From positions 23,510,033 through 23,574,032 of the forward strand of contig OZ316892.1 of NCBI GenBank assembly GCA_973895155.1: 64,000 nt of DNA, read 5' to 3'. Below are positions 34,845 through 48,900 of the stretch, piece by piece. Below the pieces are notes generated by a model, which had not been told where the DNA came from, did no database searches, and saw nothing but the letters and a program-made list of their open reading frames with translations. This stretch comes from Marsupella aquatica. Its lineage: Eukaryota; Plantae; Marchantiophyta. A program made the translations under genes and the position numbers. Position 1 is the first letter of the stretch, and every line of letters starts with the position of its first letter.

Positions 34845-37800
34845 AAAGTGTGTCACAATCGATGGGGCACTAACATTCACTACCTTGGTCCATCTGGATA
34901 TGAAACCCCACCAGGTAATAATTGTGCCTAAAAAGTAGGTCATGAAAAAGAAAATCTTGAATGAGTTGATTGGCAAGTACATTACCCCCTTATAACCCCT
35001 TTTTCTCTTACTTAGTTACAACTTTTGAAATGACATTGGAGCACTCCACACAGTGCCCAATATAACAAAATGGGGCTGGAAGTAGATGAAAAATAGCTAT
35101 GGAGTGATCAGGGCTAAAGGAAATTCAAAATACTGCAAACTGCCGTAGTGAGAGATTGTCAATGAGAAGCATAAGCTTGCGATTAGGCTTGTAAAGAAAC
35201 GCAGCAGTACTTTCGAAACAAGGAAGTACAATGTCAGTTCTATTAAAGTAAATTTAGATTGATGGATAGACAAAAGTTTTCAAGATTCTCATTTGTGATT
35301 GTCGCAAACCCAAACTTGGCTTGAAATTTCCTTGTCCTGTTTAAAATTGAGATTGTTGCCCAGTTTACCAGAAGGATTCAATAGATTAGAAAATAAAAAT
35401 AAAACACGCAGATAATCTCAAGTAGCAGGATGCTATCATCTTCCCCCAAATACAGGGCCTATGTTACTACGTGCACCTAATGGACAAAATCTCAATCATG
35501 GATTCATTTGTGAAAACTCTCAATCTAAGAGAACTCACTTGACGATTCACACCTAGCTCTCATTTTCGTCCCGATATATGTGTGAAATATATGTCTTTGC
35601 GCCAGAGAAGCAAGACAGTGCAACAAGTTCAGCAATTTCAGACTCCGCCAAGTCCAAGCCTCCTGTTCCCAACCAGTTACCGGTAATGCATGTTTCAATG
35701 GAAGGCGAGTGTGTACTGCTCTCTTTCAATCTTTAAAAACGACAACCTGCATTCGCACCACAAAAGCAGCCGCAGCAAGAGCAGGAGAAATTCCATCCCC
35801 CGCTTAGAAATTGGCTTCTCCAGTACCTCCACCTACTTCTCTTCTTTGGTCCGTCTTTCTTGGATGACCCCATTGCATTCCCTTCACTCGCTCAGTTGTC
35901 AAAACATTAACTCAGATAGTCCCAGATAAGCAAATCCCTCCAAGTGACTTCAATTTTTCATTGGCATCTTCAAGCTGCGTATGCGTTTTGCCCCATGTCC
36001 AGATGTCAAAGAGGATCTGCACAGTTACAAACGAACATATCAACTGGATGGTTCTCGGGGATGGAAGGTAAGGCGGCTCCACGAGATACTGAGTAAGTCC
36101 GATCGTTGTCCGCAATGCTTTACCACACATGAGTCCCCCTTCCAGTGACATTTATCAGTACCGGGCCCTAACGATGGAGCGTTGAATAGTGGATCGGCAT
36201 GTGGACTTGACACTTATCATCAATTCAACTCTCGTTAGAGCCTTTGCCAATCTGTGATACTCACTTTCAGCAGGTCGCGTATCTGTGGGTTCCTCTCGAG
36301 CTGTCACGATCTCTGAAGACCTGTGCACAACGTATATATACATGCAGTTCACGATTTTTCCAACCGTAGAGTCGATGCCACTGCAACCAACTGTTTTCTC
36401 TAGATCTTTTCATGAATTTATATGATCGAGTAGGATCATCGCAGTGTAATACCCATCCCTGCAAACGGGGGACGAGCTTGTGACTTGTGACTCGACTTCC
36501 TCTCTTTCAGCGGAATTCGCCCGCAAGTCAGTTGCTCCTGAACCGTGTCACCGATATGAAATTAGAAAACGGAAGCTGTAACTTATCCAGCTTCAAAGCA
36601 CAGGTCGAGATCGAGACATGCTCAGCTCCAAAAGATTGTCATGCACCACTTTGTACGTGGTTTCGGAAAGCAGCCATGAATCTTTCATAGGAGTCCATGT
36701 TCCGCGATACCGCAGCTGGACGAATTCAGACCCGCCAATCCTGTATCACCGTGGCTCAGAACTCCAAGATCGAGCACTTATCCGCGTTTTTCTCTGGCCA
36801 GACGGCAATGTGATGATAATACTGATGACTTTGCCTTCGCAGTGACGACAATTGGGCATCAGGCATTCTATTCAAAGACAGGAGCATTGGCCCAAGAGTA
36901 GGTGCGACGCCATAGCGGAAAACCAAAGGTTGGGTCCAAGCAGGCTTGTTTTACTACCATGCATGATGTTCAATTATACTTTGTTTTCTTGTCTGCAGCA
37001 CTAAACTAATATATTCACAGAAAGTTCGAAAAGTAAGGATTAATCTTCTCAACTGTAGTGCAAAGAAGATTTCGATTATATCAAGAATCGTGATGTGTAG
37101 TGTTTAGCTCTGAGCCTGTCTACCTCATAATTATGCCAAACTATGTCTACATCATTATTATGCTAAACTAGGTTTTAGATATATGTGACAAACTAATTTT
37201 GCGAAAAAATTGAAGTCAGACAAAGCGAAAAGAAAAAAAAGTGACACAAGAAAATGTTATGGAGAGAACCAAGGAAGTTAGTGTAGTGAGACAAGAAAGT
37301 TGTTGAGGCAAAGAAGCCTTCAGAGATAAGGAAGTGTCAACGGGGCCTCCCCTCTTCTGTGCTGTGCTTAATTTTCCTAATGCTACATGGGAATTGGTGC
37401 ACGGATACATGAGACTATTGACGTGTACACAGCACTTTTGGCCGAAGTTTACATCACTCGAGACGGTCTACACTTTCAGCGGCTCAATCTTGTTATAAAT
37501 GCTTGCAATGTGACCCACTGGCCTTGCTTTTTGGTGACCGATTTCAGTCTGGAAACAGGATTAGTGAATGTCAGATCCTTCTTGTAAAGCCAGCCTAAGT
37601 ACCATGACTACCATACTAACACCAACAGTAAGGATTGGTGAACAATAATTGGTCACATAAAGCACTACAGCAAAATTTTGACTTGTTTTATACGTGTCAG
37701 GCCTAGAACGATTCACCATTTTGAGGTTCGAATCGTTGTGCTACTGATTTTATACATTTACTGTTTCTCCTCAACTGCTTGGGTACAAAGCACACTACGA

Positions 37801-38149
37801 AACTATGACCCCCGCAAAGTGTACACCTGGAAGTCACTGTGTCAAGCACCGCCCTGGGAGCCACTGTAGGCCATAAGGCCCCAAAAGTGAGTGCTGCAGT
37901 TTGAGTTTTGAGGGGCTGTTATTGCCCCATAATTTCCTTGTAATACGTGTTAATACACCTAATGGATTTTCAGTTCCTATTTTAGTGAAAGTTCATAACT
38001 TTGGGTCCAATCTGGACCATGAATTCTTCTGTATAGAAGCACCAAAAGTTACAAAGAGAAAAATCAATAGGGCAATCACGTTTTGGAAGGGACTGGACGG
38101 AAACAGGCCTTGAAGAGAGGCAATAACGTGTCTAATTAACCAACAGCTA

Positions 38150-38185
38150 CCAGTATTTAAGGGCCCTGCCCTGCGGCGCGGGCCT
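38150..38185 (-). mobile_element. Possible Helitron 3' terminus
   Basis: On the minus strand, GC-rich hairpin GGCCCGCGCCGCAGGGCAGGGCC, then 8 nt, then CTGG followed by T; 5' end not located. Confidence 0.4.
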
Positions 38186-39057
38186 TGATTGGGGAATGTT
38201 CTCCTTGCTTATGAGTTAATTAGTTTTCAAGGTGAAACTGCCTTTGTAAAAGCCATTTCCTGCTTGTGATTGCTCTGTCTTTTTTGGTGATATCAAACTT
38301 GTACTGTACATACTTGGATTTCCTTAGTCTGGCCTCATTATGCTCAGGCAGCCATAGCCATAGCAGCTTCACCACAGCCACAACCAAAGGAGAAATCACA
38401 ATGTGTTTGCTGAGGTGAACAGACTGAGAAGTAATCTGCGCTTCATTTTTTCTGAATGGAAGGTCTACAAGACCTCAGCTTGGGATTTCAAAATGGTAGC
38501 GGTCCAATTGTTTAATGTGGGATGACACAAAACAGCCAGACACTTGAGCGTCAGCAAACTGAAGAAACAAGACCTATGTGGACATGAGTGGAAATAAAGG
38601 ACAACAAAACTTAATTAGTCTTATTTCAACTCTAATTAGTCTTAATTCAACTCTCCGGCTTCTTATCACTGTCCTCTAAATATATTCTCCACAATTGAAA
38701 AGACTCTTTGTCACACTCTCTTTATCACCGTGACGCTTCGAAGTTGGAGGTTGAATGAATCCATACTGAGCTGACATGTGAGAGATTTTCTGCTTAGATA
38801 GGGGGGTCACAAAAAGTGACTGTCGATCTTGACGATGCCGCATTTTGTCAGGAAAGTGTAGGCCGAAAAGACTACATGCACGGCAGCCTTTGGGGTTCTC
38901 TACTAGCAATTTATTATCTACTAGAGTTCTCCCATTCCATGCTTTCCACACATACTAGCCGATTGTCGTCATTAGATCTAGCTGACTGGCAGCCAGTTGA
39001 ATGGCTTGATAGTCGTTCTCTTAATGTCGCCAAAGGTCAGGTAGGTAGGGTCTCGAC

Positions 39058-39219
39058 ATTTCATTCTTTCGTTGCATTGATGCCAGTTACTTTTGAGATA
39101 TTTCATTCTTTCCTTGCATTGATGCCAGTTACTTTGAGATATTTCATTCTTTCCTTGCATTGATGCCAGTTACTTTGAGATATTTCATTCTTTCCTTGCA
39201 TTGATGTCAGTTACTTTAA
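39058..39219. repeat. 4 x ~41-bp tandem repeat just downstream of the BTB stop codon
   Basis: ATTTCATTCTTTCCTTGCATTGATGCCAGTTACTTTGAGAT units at 39058, 39100, 39141 and 39182. Confidence 0.92.
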
Positions 39220-39228
39220 GGATCTGAT

Positions 39229-39600
39229 TCATAACTCGTTCAAAACGCTGGGAAAGACCGTGTCGAAGTTCTCCTTGAAGAATTTGGCCGCCGCGTCTTG
39301 CAATCCTTTGGCCTCGAATCTCTTGGCGAGCCTCAGCATCTGAGGGAGGCTGTCCTTGTTGATGTTCTTGGTTAGTTCCTCAGCGCAGACATCCCGAAGG
39401 TGATCAATGGCGTACTTGTGGGCAACTTTCAGGACCTCTTCGGCAGGCACTTCCTCCGAAAATTGGATTTCGGCAGTGTAGCAGAAGCTGATCACGGCCC
39501 GCATAACAGGGAACGTTGCGTCGTCGATCTGAATAACCCCTGTTTGTTTCTCTAGCATATCAGTTTCGAACATCTTGCGAAACACGGAGGATTTGTCGGC
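39229..39600 (-). CDS. BTB/POZ domain protein, exon 2 (~234 aa in total)
   Basis: Acceptor GAAG|; ADKSSVFRKMFETDMLEK...IQIDD...FCYT...LKVAHKYAIDHLRDVC is the BTB core followed by BACK-like helices. Confidence 0.85.
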   Translation of the reverse strand, partial: ADKSSVFRKMFETDMLEKQTGVIQIDDATFPVMRAVISFCYTAEIQFSEEVPAEEVLKVAHKYAIDHLRDVCAEELTKNINKDSLPQMLRLAKRFEAKGLQDAAAKFFKENFDTVFPSVLNEL

Positions 39601-40102
39601 CTTCACATGTGCATTAATGGGACACAGACTTAGAAAATTCAAAACTTATCAATCAACAAATAACGCCTACCCTGTGAGTGCAGTGTGTACCAATGGAAAC
39701 CCTAGGAACACAGGTTACAGTCAATCCAAAACTTCATAATAGACAGATGATCATCATCCTTCAACTCTAATTTCACATGTTTTTTCTGAAGCGACACTAC
39801 ATAGAGCCTACCGCGAAAAACATGTCAGTGAGGACAAATGATTCAATCACAAGGAGCTATCTAATCCCTACCTTTGATTCATTTCCGCAAAAGTAGAATT
39901 CAATCTAAGAACGATGTTCTTCAACTTCGATTTGGGGCACGCTACCATCGATTGACAATTTGTAACCTCAAACATTTGTAGAGGCGTTCCATCGAAGCCT
40001 ATAAGAATCAGTTTTTGTAGATCTCACGGGGGATATTGAAAACGGCGGCTGACTGTACGTGATAGAGGTACGACTCTCTATAAGGGGAAATGTGCTACTC
40101 AC

Positions 40103-40435
40103 CAGAATGAACCGATGCGAGTGGATTAGCTGGTCATTGTTCTCCTTCACAGCGAGGGTTACGTCCCCTTTCAATTTGAGATTCTCGTCGGCCTTTGCAG
40201 GGTCTCGGAGCATCAGGAATGCAAGCTTCGCGTCGTAAGAATCCTTCAGCCTTGTCGACTCCATTCGGAGCGCATCAATTCGGGTCTGGAATGCGTTCCG
40301 GCACACATAGCAACCCGGCTTCACGTTGTCATACCGGTGATGTGTGCTCCAGGGCAAGCAGTAGCTGCAGTAGTCTGTTTCATGGCAGTGCTCGCAGACA
40401 TCGCCACGTCCCAGAACGTCCATATCCCCTATCAT
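40103..40435 (-). CDS. BTB/POZ domain protein with Cys-rich N-terminus (At3g56230/At1g01640-like), exon 1
   Basis: CEHC...CSYC...CYVC, a helical segment, then GDVTL...IHSHRFIL; donor CTG|GTGAGT at 40102. Start codon uncertain. Confidence 0.8.
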
Positions 40436-43400
40436 CTGTCTGCTTGCCCGCTAATTGGAATGAGTTAATTTGTGATACCAACCGTTTTCGATTTCCAACA
40501 CCTTCGGTAGACACATAGTCCCTCCATACAGCGTTAAACTTGCGAACGGTTTACATGATCTTAACCTTCACCGTATGTTGCATTGCAAGGGTCTCGTCCC
40601 CACCGAACGTAATTCAATTAATTTTTTACGTAGGGTTTTGCAAGTCTTGATTGCGTTCACTCCATCCCTTCCATAACTCGTCATGGAAAAATAACCCCAA
40701 CGTTTTTTGCGATTTAAGACAAACGTCAATGAGATTTATCGTTCAGAGTTGTGAAATGTTGTAACCATGTCATTGCCATAAGTCTATCCGTCGAACTTGT
40801 TCTGCCCTGGTGATTTCTTTCTTAAACCTTGAAGAGCTCTCCGTCAAACCGAGTCGTCGCCACAAATTTATTGCATAAACTGAAGACCCTTTACCTACCG
40901 AAGGGCTATCGAGTTCTTAATTATCAATCCTCTTGCATTTGTGATTCATGGCGGCTCCTACAAGTGAGGTCTGTCTTTATTTGTTTCGCCTACAAGTATT
41001 CGGTTACAGAACTAAGTGACTTTTCAACGGCTGCTGGCTACGCCGGTTCATCGGTCATCAATTTTTCATTCGTGTCGATCATCTTCATCACTGTAGACAG
41101 GAAGGGACTGATGTCAGCTCAGTTTCAAGGCAGCATCGGTCTTCGAGACGACGTTGAAAACCCCTAGAGATCCTCACCAAGATCAAGATTAATCATATTT
41201 AGAGGGTTCGACTGTTATTGCTTAATGTGCACCAATTATATGGAGTATTTGAGCACTGTAAGCTTAGGCGACGTTTTCAAGCATGTGCTCAACATACTCG
41301 TTGCGTTTGAGGTTGAATGCCGTGTGTTTCGTTGAGGAATAAATAGATCGTAATTCTCGAACTTTTCCGCTTTGTTGGTTCCAAGTTTTGCAGGAGAAAT
41401 GTTCAGCTGATTCTTTATTCTAGACGCGGAGAAAACTCATATCACAATACCATAAATAAATTTCTGGGAGGAAAATTGACTCCAAAATCTAGTCTGAAGG
41501 ATCGAACCAGAATAAATAGACCCCTTTTTACGACCACCCAACTACTGTAGCTCTAGTTCAAGATAGCTGTTATATTCTGAGAAGCATGATCATACCATTC
41601 GAGGTAATACATAGAGCTCATCGGCCTAACCTCATTGCCTTCAGCGAGGGTCCTGTGCAAGAATTAGCATAGGAATAATCGGAAAGACGGTAAGTTAAAC
41701 AAGACCCCACTTGCGCAATTGGTGACTTGTGAGTCATTGTGTTCGCAGGACACGATAAATAACACTCAGTCTGAAGGTGCGAGGACGACAGTCCTCACTC
41801 GTGCGTTCTCTTCGAATGTAATGAAACAAATGCTTAGAGACACCTCACATCTTCCAGGAAAGATGCGGAGACACCGGTTTACTTGGAATGTGTTCGGGCC
41901 AATGTGACGAACATAACATACGTAGGTTTCTGTTCAATCCACCGTCAGTTACGGCATTTAGCATATCGTTTCCAACGCGACACCAACGTGACATCGAGAC
42001 GTAGCTCAGCAGATGGTCTAGGAGAAAGTACTAATTTTGTCCTACATTCCCTTCGGAGATAGGCAGTAGGCATTGCTAGTATTGCCGCGTTTTGACTGGA
42101 AATAGCTTTTGTTTTCTTGGTCGGTCAATGTTCACCTTCATCACAATTGCCAGCCCATGCCGCTCCGCTTGATTTTGGGCTCTGTTTTCCAGTCTGCGAG
42201 CGTCGTTTACTCAGCAATATCTCGATCAAGCGACAGATTCCGCTCCGGGGAAAAAGTAAGAAATCCCCTGTTGAGCAGAATTCATACTCAGATTGAATTC
42301 AATCTTAAGTGCATCGCTATTCTTCATTCCAGCAATTGCATCCGGCAACTTATCTAGACTGTTCGAAGATTCGTGAACTTTCCGTTCCATGAGTTTCTCC
42401 TAACATCTTTACAATGTGGGATGATACCCAGCAAGTTACGAGGAGTCCAACTCTAACAGGGAAAGTTCCCGTTCCAAATAAAAGACTACATCTACATTGC
42501 TCAGAGGTCTGCAAGACGCTCAATCGGCTTCCTTGTTTGATTTGGAAGCAATTGAAGTGTACCCAATTTGCTGACAGTCCTTTTTCCGCTGCAAAGTTGT
42601 AAGCCATCAGAGTAGTGCAAGCGAATTGTAAAATGTTCAGTAGAAACAAGCCTTGCAACCGGCAGTAAACCGCCTTTGCCCCTCCAGAAAGAGCACCAAT
42701 GTCCGACTGAGGATCGTCGAATCAATGTCCGACTGAAGATCTTTGTGGGAGATTCAAAATGTTTCAGAATTGGAGCATATCTAGCCACATTTGCAATCTA
42801 CAATAGAGAAGTCATAACTCACACCAAGGCAGCAAACCTCTAACAACAGCGCTTCACAATAAAGCAGCCCAAATCAAGCTCAACCAAAGGTGATGTTAAA
42901 CTTCGTTAGCAGTTCGCTTCCAACATTTACCACCAAAAGAGTACGCACGAGAGTATGGCTATGGAACAGAAAAGGAGGACAGAGTCAGGACCTGTACGCA
43001 AACTGCTCCCAATTTGCGATTCTAGGCTCGAGATCTACGTGGAAGATCCAACTATTTCCAGCAGATACCCAGCTACACTGACCTATCTACCAAAGAGAAA
43101 TCAAATCGATTTGAGATCGCCACCTGACTAACCCATGAGTTCGAGTTCTTTCAGCTTCTATCACACCAAAGATATTCAATTCTGGGGCAGGAGTCTTCGG
43201 CTGCTGGTGGACAGAGCATCATCATGATCCGTTCCTGACCACTTCATCTCTTCTACCATGTTGCCTGATGCTTCTTCTAGCAGAAAGAAAACAAGAAAAA
43301 AAACACTCGATGCAGACCTATTCCACAACATAACAACAGAAAATCAAACGCATCAAAAAACATCACCCGGTCCTCAAGCAAGAGCATAGGCGGCAAGGTG

Positions 43401-44002
43401 GTACAAGGTGAAGATCGTTCCCAAGACCGGGATCTCCGTTGCACCACCTCGGTTGATGTCCTGGGACCATCTCTCTTCTCGTGATGGCCACTTCCACTCG
43501 AGCTTCCCAAAACCAGTCGTCAGCCTACGATTTCTCACCTCACACTATCTTGCGTCAATCATGGTATCGGCCGGCAGTGAGCTAGGCAACACACCCTGCA
43601 ATCAAGCTTCAACTCCCGGAGCTCTGATCGCCTCCAAGCTGCAGCAGATCGCAACCTTCGCAGCTGGGACGAGTTCTCTTGCTGTGCTCCACAGTGCATA
43701 ACCCTGTTCAGATACACGAATTTCAAATATTTCAAATATATGAAAGCAGAACTGGACGGAATTAAAAAGGTTGCACACTTATGGTTTTCTGAGAAAAAAA
43801 ACGCTCATAAAACCACTCATAGAAGTTGAACCCAGGATGGACCTTCAAGTTTGATGAAATACTCCTATGGACATTTGTAACTAGGATAGACCTTTGCAAA
43901 ACATACTTCTGGTCTTGGAGGACACACTTTACACTTGGGTTGTGTATGAAGGGCTACCTGTAACTCCTCACACACTGGCTGTAGGGGGTATTCCATCCGT
44001 TG

Positions 44003-44178
44003 TAGTATAGAGTGTGAGTATATACCACCTTGCCCAAGGGCAAAAAACACAGAACCCGGGATAGTATAGAGTGTGAATATATACCACCGTGCCCAAGGGC
44101 AAAAAACACAGAACCCGGGATAGTATAGAGTGTGAATATATACCACCGTGCCCAAGGGCAAAAACATGGAACCCGGGA
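44003..44178. repeat. 3 x 59-bp tandem repeat
   Basis: TAGTATAGAGTGTGA(A/G)TATATACCACC(G/T)TGCCCAAGGGCAAAAAACACAGAACCCGGGA at 44003, 44062 and 44121. Confidence 0.92.
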
Positions 44179-44779
44179 GACATGATCCCAATGACAAAGC
44201 AACCCAATGAAGGGAAGGAAAAGAGGGGAGAGGGGCCCCAAGAAAAACAAGCCAATGGGACCCCAAGCAAAAGCCAAGGAAGAAGCCAGGGCCAAAAACA
44301 TGGCCAAAAAAGGGACCTAAAAAGGAGCCGGGAATACTAACACCCTACTTAGAGGAGAACTGAAAAGCCTGGTAGGACTCCGGAGTAAACCGCATCGGAG
44401 TATCACAAAGCCGAACCTGCATAGGAGGGTCACAAAGCGGAACCTGCCGAGATGCCCTGGTGAGTGAATTTTAGTGGCAGCCTTGGTACAAACAGTGGCA
44501 TCCTATGGCTTGCCACAAGCTAGATTGTGATGGGCCCTGAATTCTTACAGTAAACTGAGATGGGGAGCTTGAGGTTATGATTAGTTGTAATGGGAAAGTG
44601 TGAGACCTCTGCCACTGGTACAGAGCAGGATGGACTGTTGCAAATACTACTGACCACTGAAGGAATCTTCTACATCCGGAGTCACCCCAAAACCTACAAG
44701 TACTCTTAAATGAGTATCCTTAATTTACTGTTACAGAGCGTATGGTCCACAGGGTCCATCCTGGCTTCAAGTTCAACAC

Positions 44780-44974
44780 TCATACGGGACTAAATTTATA
44801 TGACAAAATTTGTCGTGTCTTCCTTTAATATGAAATGGTGTGATTTCCATTGAAAAAAAAAGCACTCCCCTATTACACGAAGAGGAGAAATTACAGGAAA
44901 TATGAAAGTGGGCTGGGAAAAACTCCTTAGGGTTTGATGGGAGTGAAGAATGATCTTTTAAGGACTCATATGGG

Positions 44975-45005
<31 letters not shown>

Positions 45006-45545
45006 TACAAATTTGTCGTGTTTTCCTTTAATATGAATGGGTGTGATTTTCCAATGAAAAAAAGCACTCTCCTTCCACACAAAGAGGAGAAAATGTAGAA
45101 AATATGACAGTGGGTTGGGAAAAAGTTCTTAGGGTTTGATGGGAGTGAAGAATGATCTTTTAGGGAGACTTTGGCTTAAAATTAAATTGTAAAAATCTGG
45201 ACGAGCTTAAATGGTAATAAGTTGTAAAACATTGTCAATCATTTTCCTTACTCTGCTCCAGAATGCCCTTACTGGTTGCTTGCTGGGTCTTCTGGACAGG
45301 CACTGAAGGACCAATTACCAGGGCGTGCCATAGCTTCTACTGGAGATAGAATGTAGTTCTCTTTTAATATGAAATGGTATTGTTTCCAATGAAGAAGAAA
45401 GAGATTTCCCTTTTACAAGAAGAAAACAAAATATAGGAAATGTAAAAGTGGGCCAAAAAAAAGAGTAATAGGGTTTGATGGGAGCAAAGAATGATTTTGT
45501 TAAAGAGGTTTTGGCTTCAAAATAAAGTATAAACTTCTGGACAAG
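44780..45545. repeat. Three diverged ~160-200-bp direct repeats with an (AT)n microsatellite at ~44978-45005
   Basis: TTTAATATGAA...AAAGTGGG...TAGGGTTTGATGGGAG-AAGAATGAT blocks near 44820, 45025 and 45362. Confidence 0.8.
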
Positions 45546-45574
45546 CTCCTAAAGAAGTGAGGGACACAATTCAA

Positions 45575-45930
45575 TTAGATAAATGCATGAAACTACCTTA
45601 GATAATTGTCCATTACACTTATCAATAGATGCTTCTTATGAACGATGTTGCAGTACCTGATAAATGCATGTGCATACTTGTGCACAGGAATGCACTTATA
45701 TATCATTTAGTGCAGGTATTTCTTGCTTAGTGAGAGTTACCTTGCACGTAATTATGCAAACAGCATTTTTGGGTGCCTTTACAATGTAAATCGTATAAGA
45801 GAACTACATGGTCAGCTTGCAGTTAACCATGGAATGCACCTGTACACTCTAAACTTATGCACAATAGACTGTAGTGTACAAGAGTGTATTGCATTCCCAC
45901 CAGTGAAAGACAAAAGAGTGGACACTGTGT
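45575..45930. repeat. Dispersed TAAGTGCA-motif repeat (copy 3, inverted)
   Basis: CACTTATCAATAGATGCTTC is the near reverse complement of GAAGCATTTATTGATAAGTG (~7170); also GGAATGCAC motifs. Confidence 0.45.
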
Positions 45931-48900
45931 AAGGCAATCCATCTTGAGAGGAATGTGGCCTGTAATCCCAGACTGCAAGACTACGGTCAGCCCAGGTCTG
46001 GAGGGTTACAGGCCATAGCCCTACGAGAGGATGGGTTACCAAGCCTAAGAGTTGTATTGCATGGATACGAGCCTGCAATTTTTACCCAGCCAGGAAAAAA
46101 ACTATTGCCATGGAATGCAACATCTTTTTTCTATGTCATCTCAGGTTGGTCTAGTCACTATCGGGGTCACTATGCTTCATCAATCCTATCTGTGTGCATA
46201 GTTTGTTGCGTGTCTTTGCAGGGGCACACTTTTATATCCTTCATTTTTGATAAGTTAGGATGTCAAAGGCTGGATGCTTTGTGGACTTTGCCTTGAGATT
46301 TGTGCTTGTTAAGTTGTGGAGCCTATCTCATGAGTTGATACTGTAAGCATACACTTCTCCACTACTAATAGGTTGCCATACCAGTGGTTCGGGACATCCC
46401 ACATGCAAGACATGTCTAAAACCAACAAGTGAATATTGGAAACTATCTAGGAGTTATTAATTGGGGAGGTCACTACAAGGAGGGCCTTGGGTTTGATGGT
46501 TTGGGTTATTTATGATATCAATCATGCAATGACACATGACATTTTTTATTAAAAATTTATGTATGTACGTTTACTAATGATCTCGGGGGGCTCACTCCAA
46601 GGGAGTTCCCATATGACGCGCAAAATTTCCAAATAATAAATAACCTAGAAATTAAGAAAATAAAATATAAATTTAATATTTTTAAACCCCTAACTTTGTG
46701 GAATATGAGGTTTATTGATAGTTATTACAAGTACAGTGGAGCAAGTCATAAATACAAACCAATACTACAGAGTACCATAATCTGCAACATGTTTTGTGTG
46801 AATAAAATTAATTAGAATCCACTTCTCTAAAAGGTCTCCCCCACTCTTGGCCAAAAATTGCAGGGTTCTTCTGTTTTACGAGTTCAATCCTTGTGGGTTG
46901 CACAGACAATGTTGTCAGTTGTATAAAAGATGTTGTTAGATAAGAGATGTTGTTGCCCAAAACATGTTGTTCAGACTTGCATGAAATATGTAGTTGAGTA
47001 AACCATGTAATTTGCGGAAAAGATGATGTTGTGCAAAAGATGTGTTTGCGTAAAAGATGTAGTCACACAGAACATGACATTATGTAAAATATGTTATTAT
47101 GTGTAGTCTCCTTATAGATGCATCCTAAACCCTGTCACCTTGGCTAAGAGTCCTTTGGCCCTGAACCCGTTGCTATTGCATATTTTCACAGTCAGAAACG
47201 TTTTCCCTTTCGAGGGTAACAATGAGTCGTAAAACTCCAAGCATTGATGGATGATGGGGACCCATACTTAATAGTGCCAAGTATATATATGCTTTTATAG
47301 AATGTATAAATTTCATGGTAATACCAAAGGGAGGGGCTAGTACACTGGGCTAGTACAGTCTCCTTCAGCATATTTTTAAGGTTTTTTATTATTAGCCAAT
47401 GTGACGAATGTTTGCTTCTCCTTTCGGAGGAGATTCTCAGAATATTCTCTATCAAATTTTAGTAAATTAGATCATGACATGACGGTCAGATATCTCTAGT
47501 TTAAGGAGTATCATTAGATTCTGGCTAATAGGGTCCATGAGATATCTTTAGATTTAAGAAGTATCATTAGATTTTGGCTAATGGGGTCCCCATAATGTGA
47601 TTTGATTAAAGAGAATTAATGATGTTAAAAAAATCTAGCTAATTTTAACCAGAAGTGATGAATATTTTTGGGGGAGGTGAAATTTGGCGAGATTCACAAT
47701 TAAAAAATACTCTACTCTCCTTGCATTGCATGTGATGTGGGGAATACAAAGGGCGAGGGATTGGACCATGAGTGTACTTGCAAGTACATTCAGGAGATCA
47801 AGGCAAGGATTGTACTTGCAAGTATAATGATGAGGAGTATTAAATGAACAAATGATCAAAAACTATTATTCCCCTCCCTTCTTGTCCTGGTCTTTTTTCA
47901 TTGCCCTTTCTAGTTTTGCTTTTCTGAATTTTTTTTGGGCACAAAAGACTCTTCATTATGAAAGACTACCACTATAAAAAGTGGCTGGACCTTGTATTCT
48001 GACTTTTAGTATATTAACCAGTCTGCCGCCTGCCAGCTTCCCCAAAAACGTAGTGTCCTATTCAAATAGTGGGCCATGGGTTCTCTATTGGAATAACTGA
48101 ATAAGCCTGGGGCGTCTTATTCAAGGTTTGACCATGCATTTTCATTTTTTATATTTGTGATATTGTGTTAAAAAACAAATCTAGTTTGAATATTGGCCTT
48201 GTGTTTCACCTCATGCATTATGTTCAAGAATGACCAATGAGCACCACTCTAGATGAATTCAAGCGGCTACCAAAACTTGGAGGCATGGAACTATGTGTCT
48301 TAGTGAGGTGATGTGTCTTAGAGAGAGTGGTTGAGTTTAAGCTTCTGGGTTTGTTCGAGGTTAGGGCTTGTAGACTTGTTAGTAACATGTTAACTTTCTT
48401 CACAATGCTATCTTAGCTAGTGGGGTTTGAGTTGAGTAGGCCTTGACCTTCTTGCTTCTTACGAGGAATTGAAAGCTACTTACGGTGTTTCTGCTGTGAT
48501 TGTAATGTATACACACAAAACCAGACGCTAACTCATAAGAAAACCTCTCCATTCTAGTTTGCCCCTTTCATCTGCCTGCGCCAATGAGGCTTGGAGTATG
48601 GAGTTATCATATGATTTGTGCATTTTGTGCTCAATGTAGAACAGGTTAGCTAGGGTCCAAACTCAAACATAGCACTATGACATTATGTTAAAACAACGTT
48701 GTGCTGAGTTTCAAATGTATTTTTGGTCAGTGAACATCCATTTTGAATCAACACCTTGGCTAGTTGGCTAGACTCTGTTAGTCTGTTCGCCAAAATATAG
48801 TGGTCATATCCTAAAATCTAGGGACATCTGACAGTCAACAATAATCTGTGACAATGAAAGAAACAACATCCTATTCAAAGGAATATCTTAGTATCTTTAC

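Noticed and set aside
35640-36900. Possible decayed gene on the minus strand
   Set aside because: Composition looks coding-like but the frames I read contain stops and I recognise no domain; a BLASTX search would be needed.
43865-44340. Hydrophobic repeat ORFs (133, 117, 100 aa)
   Set aside because: Artefacts of the 59-bp tandem repeat cycling through frames.
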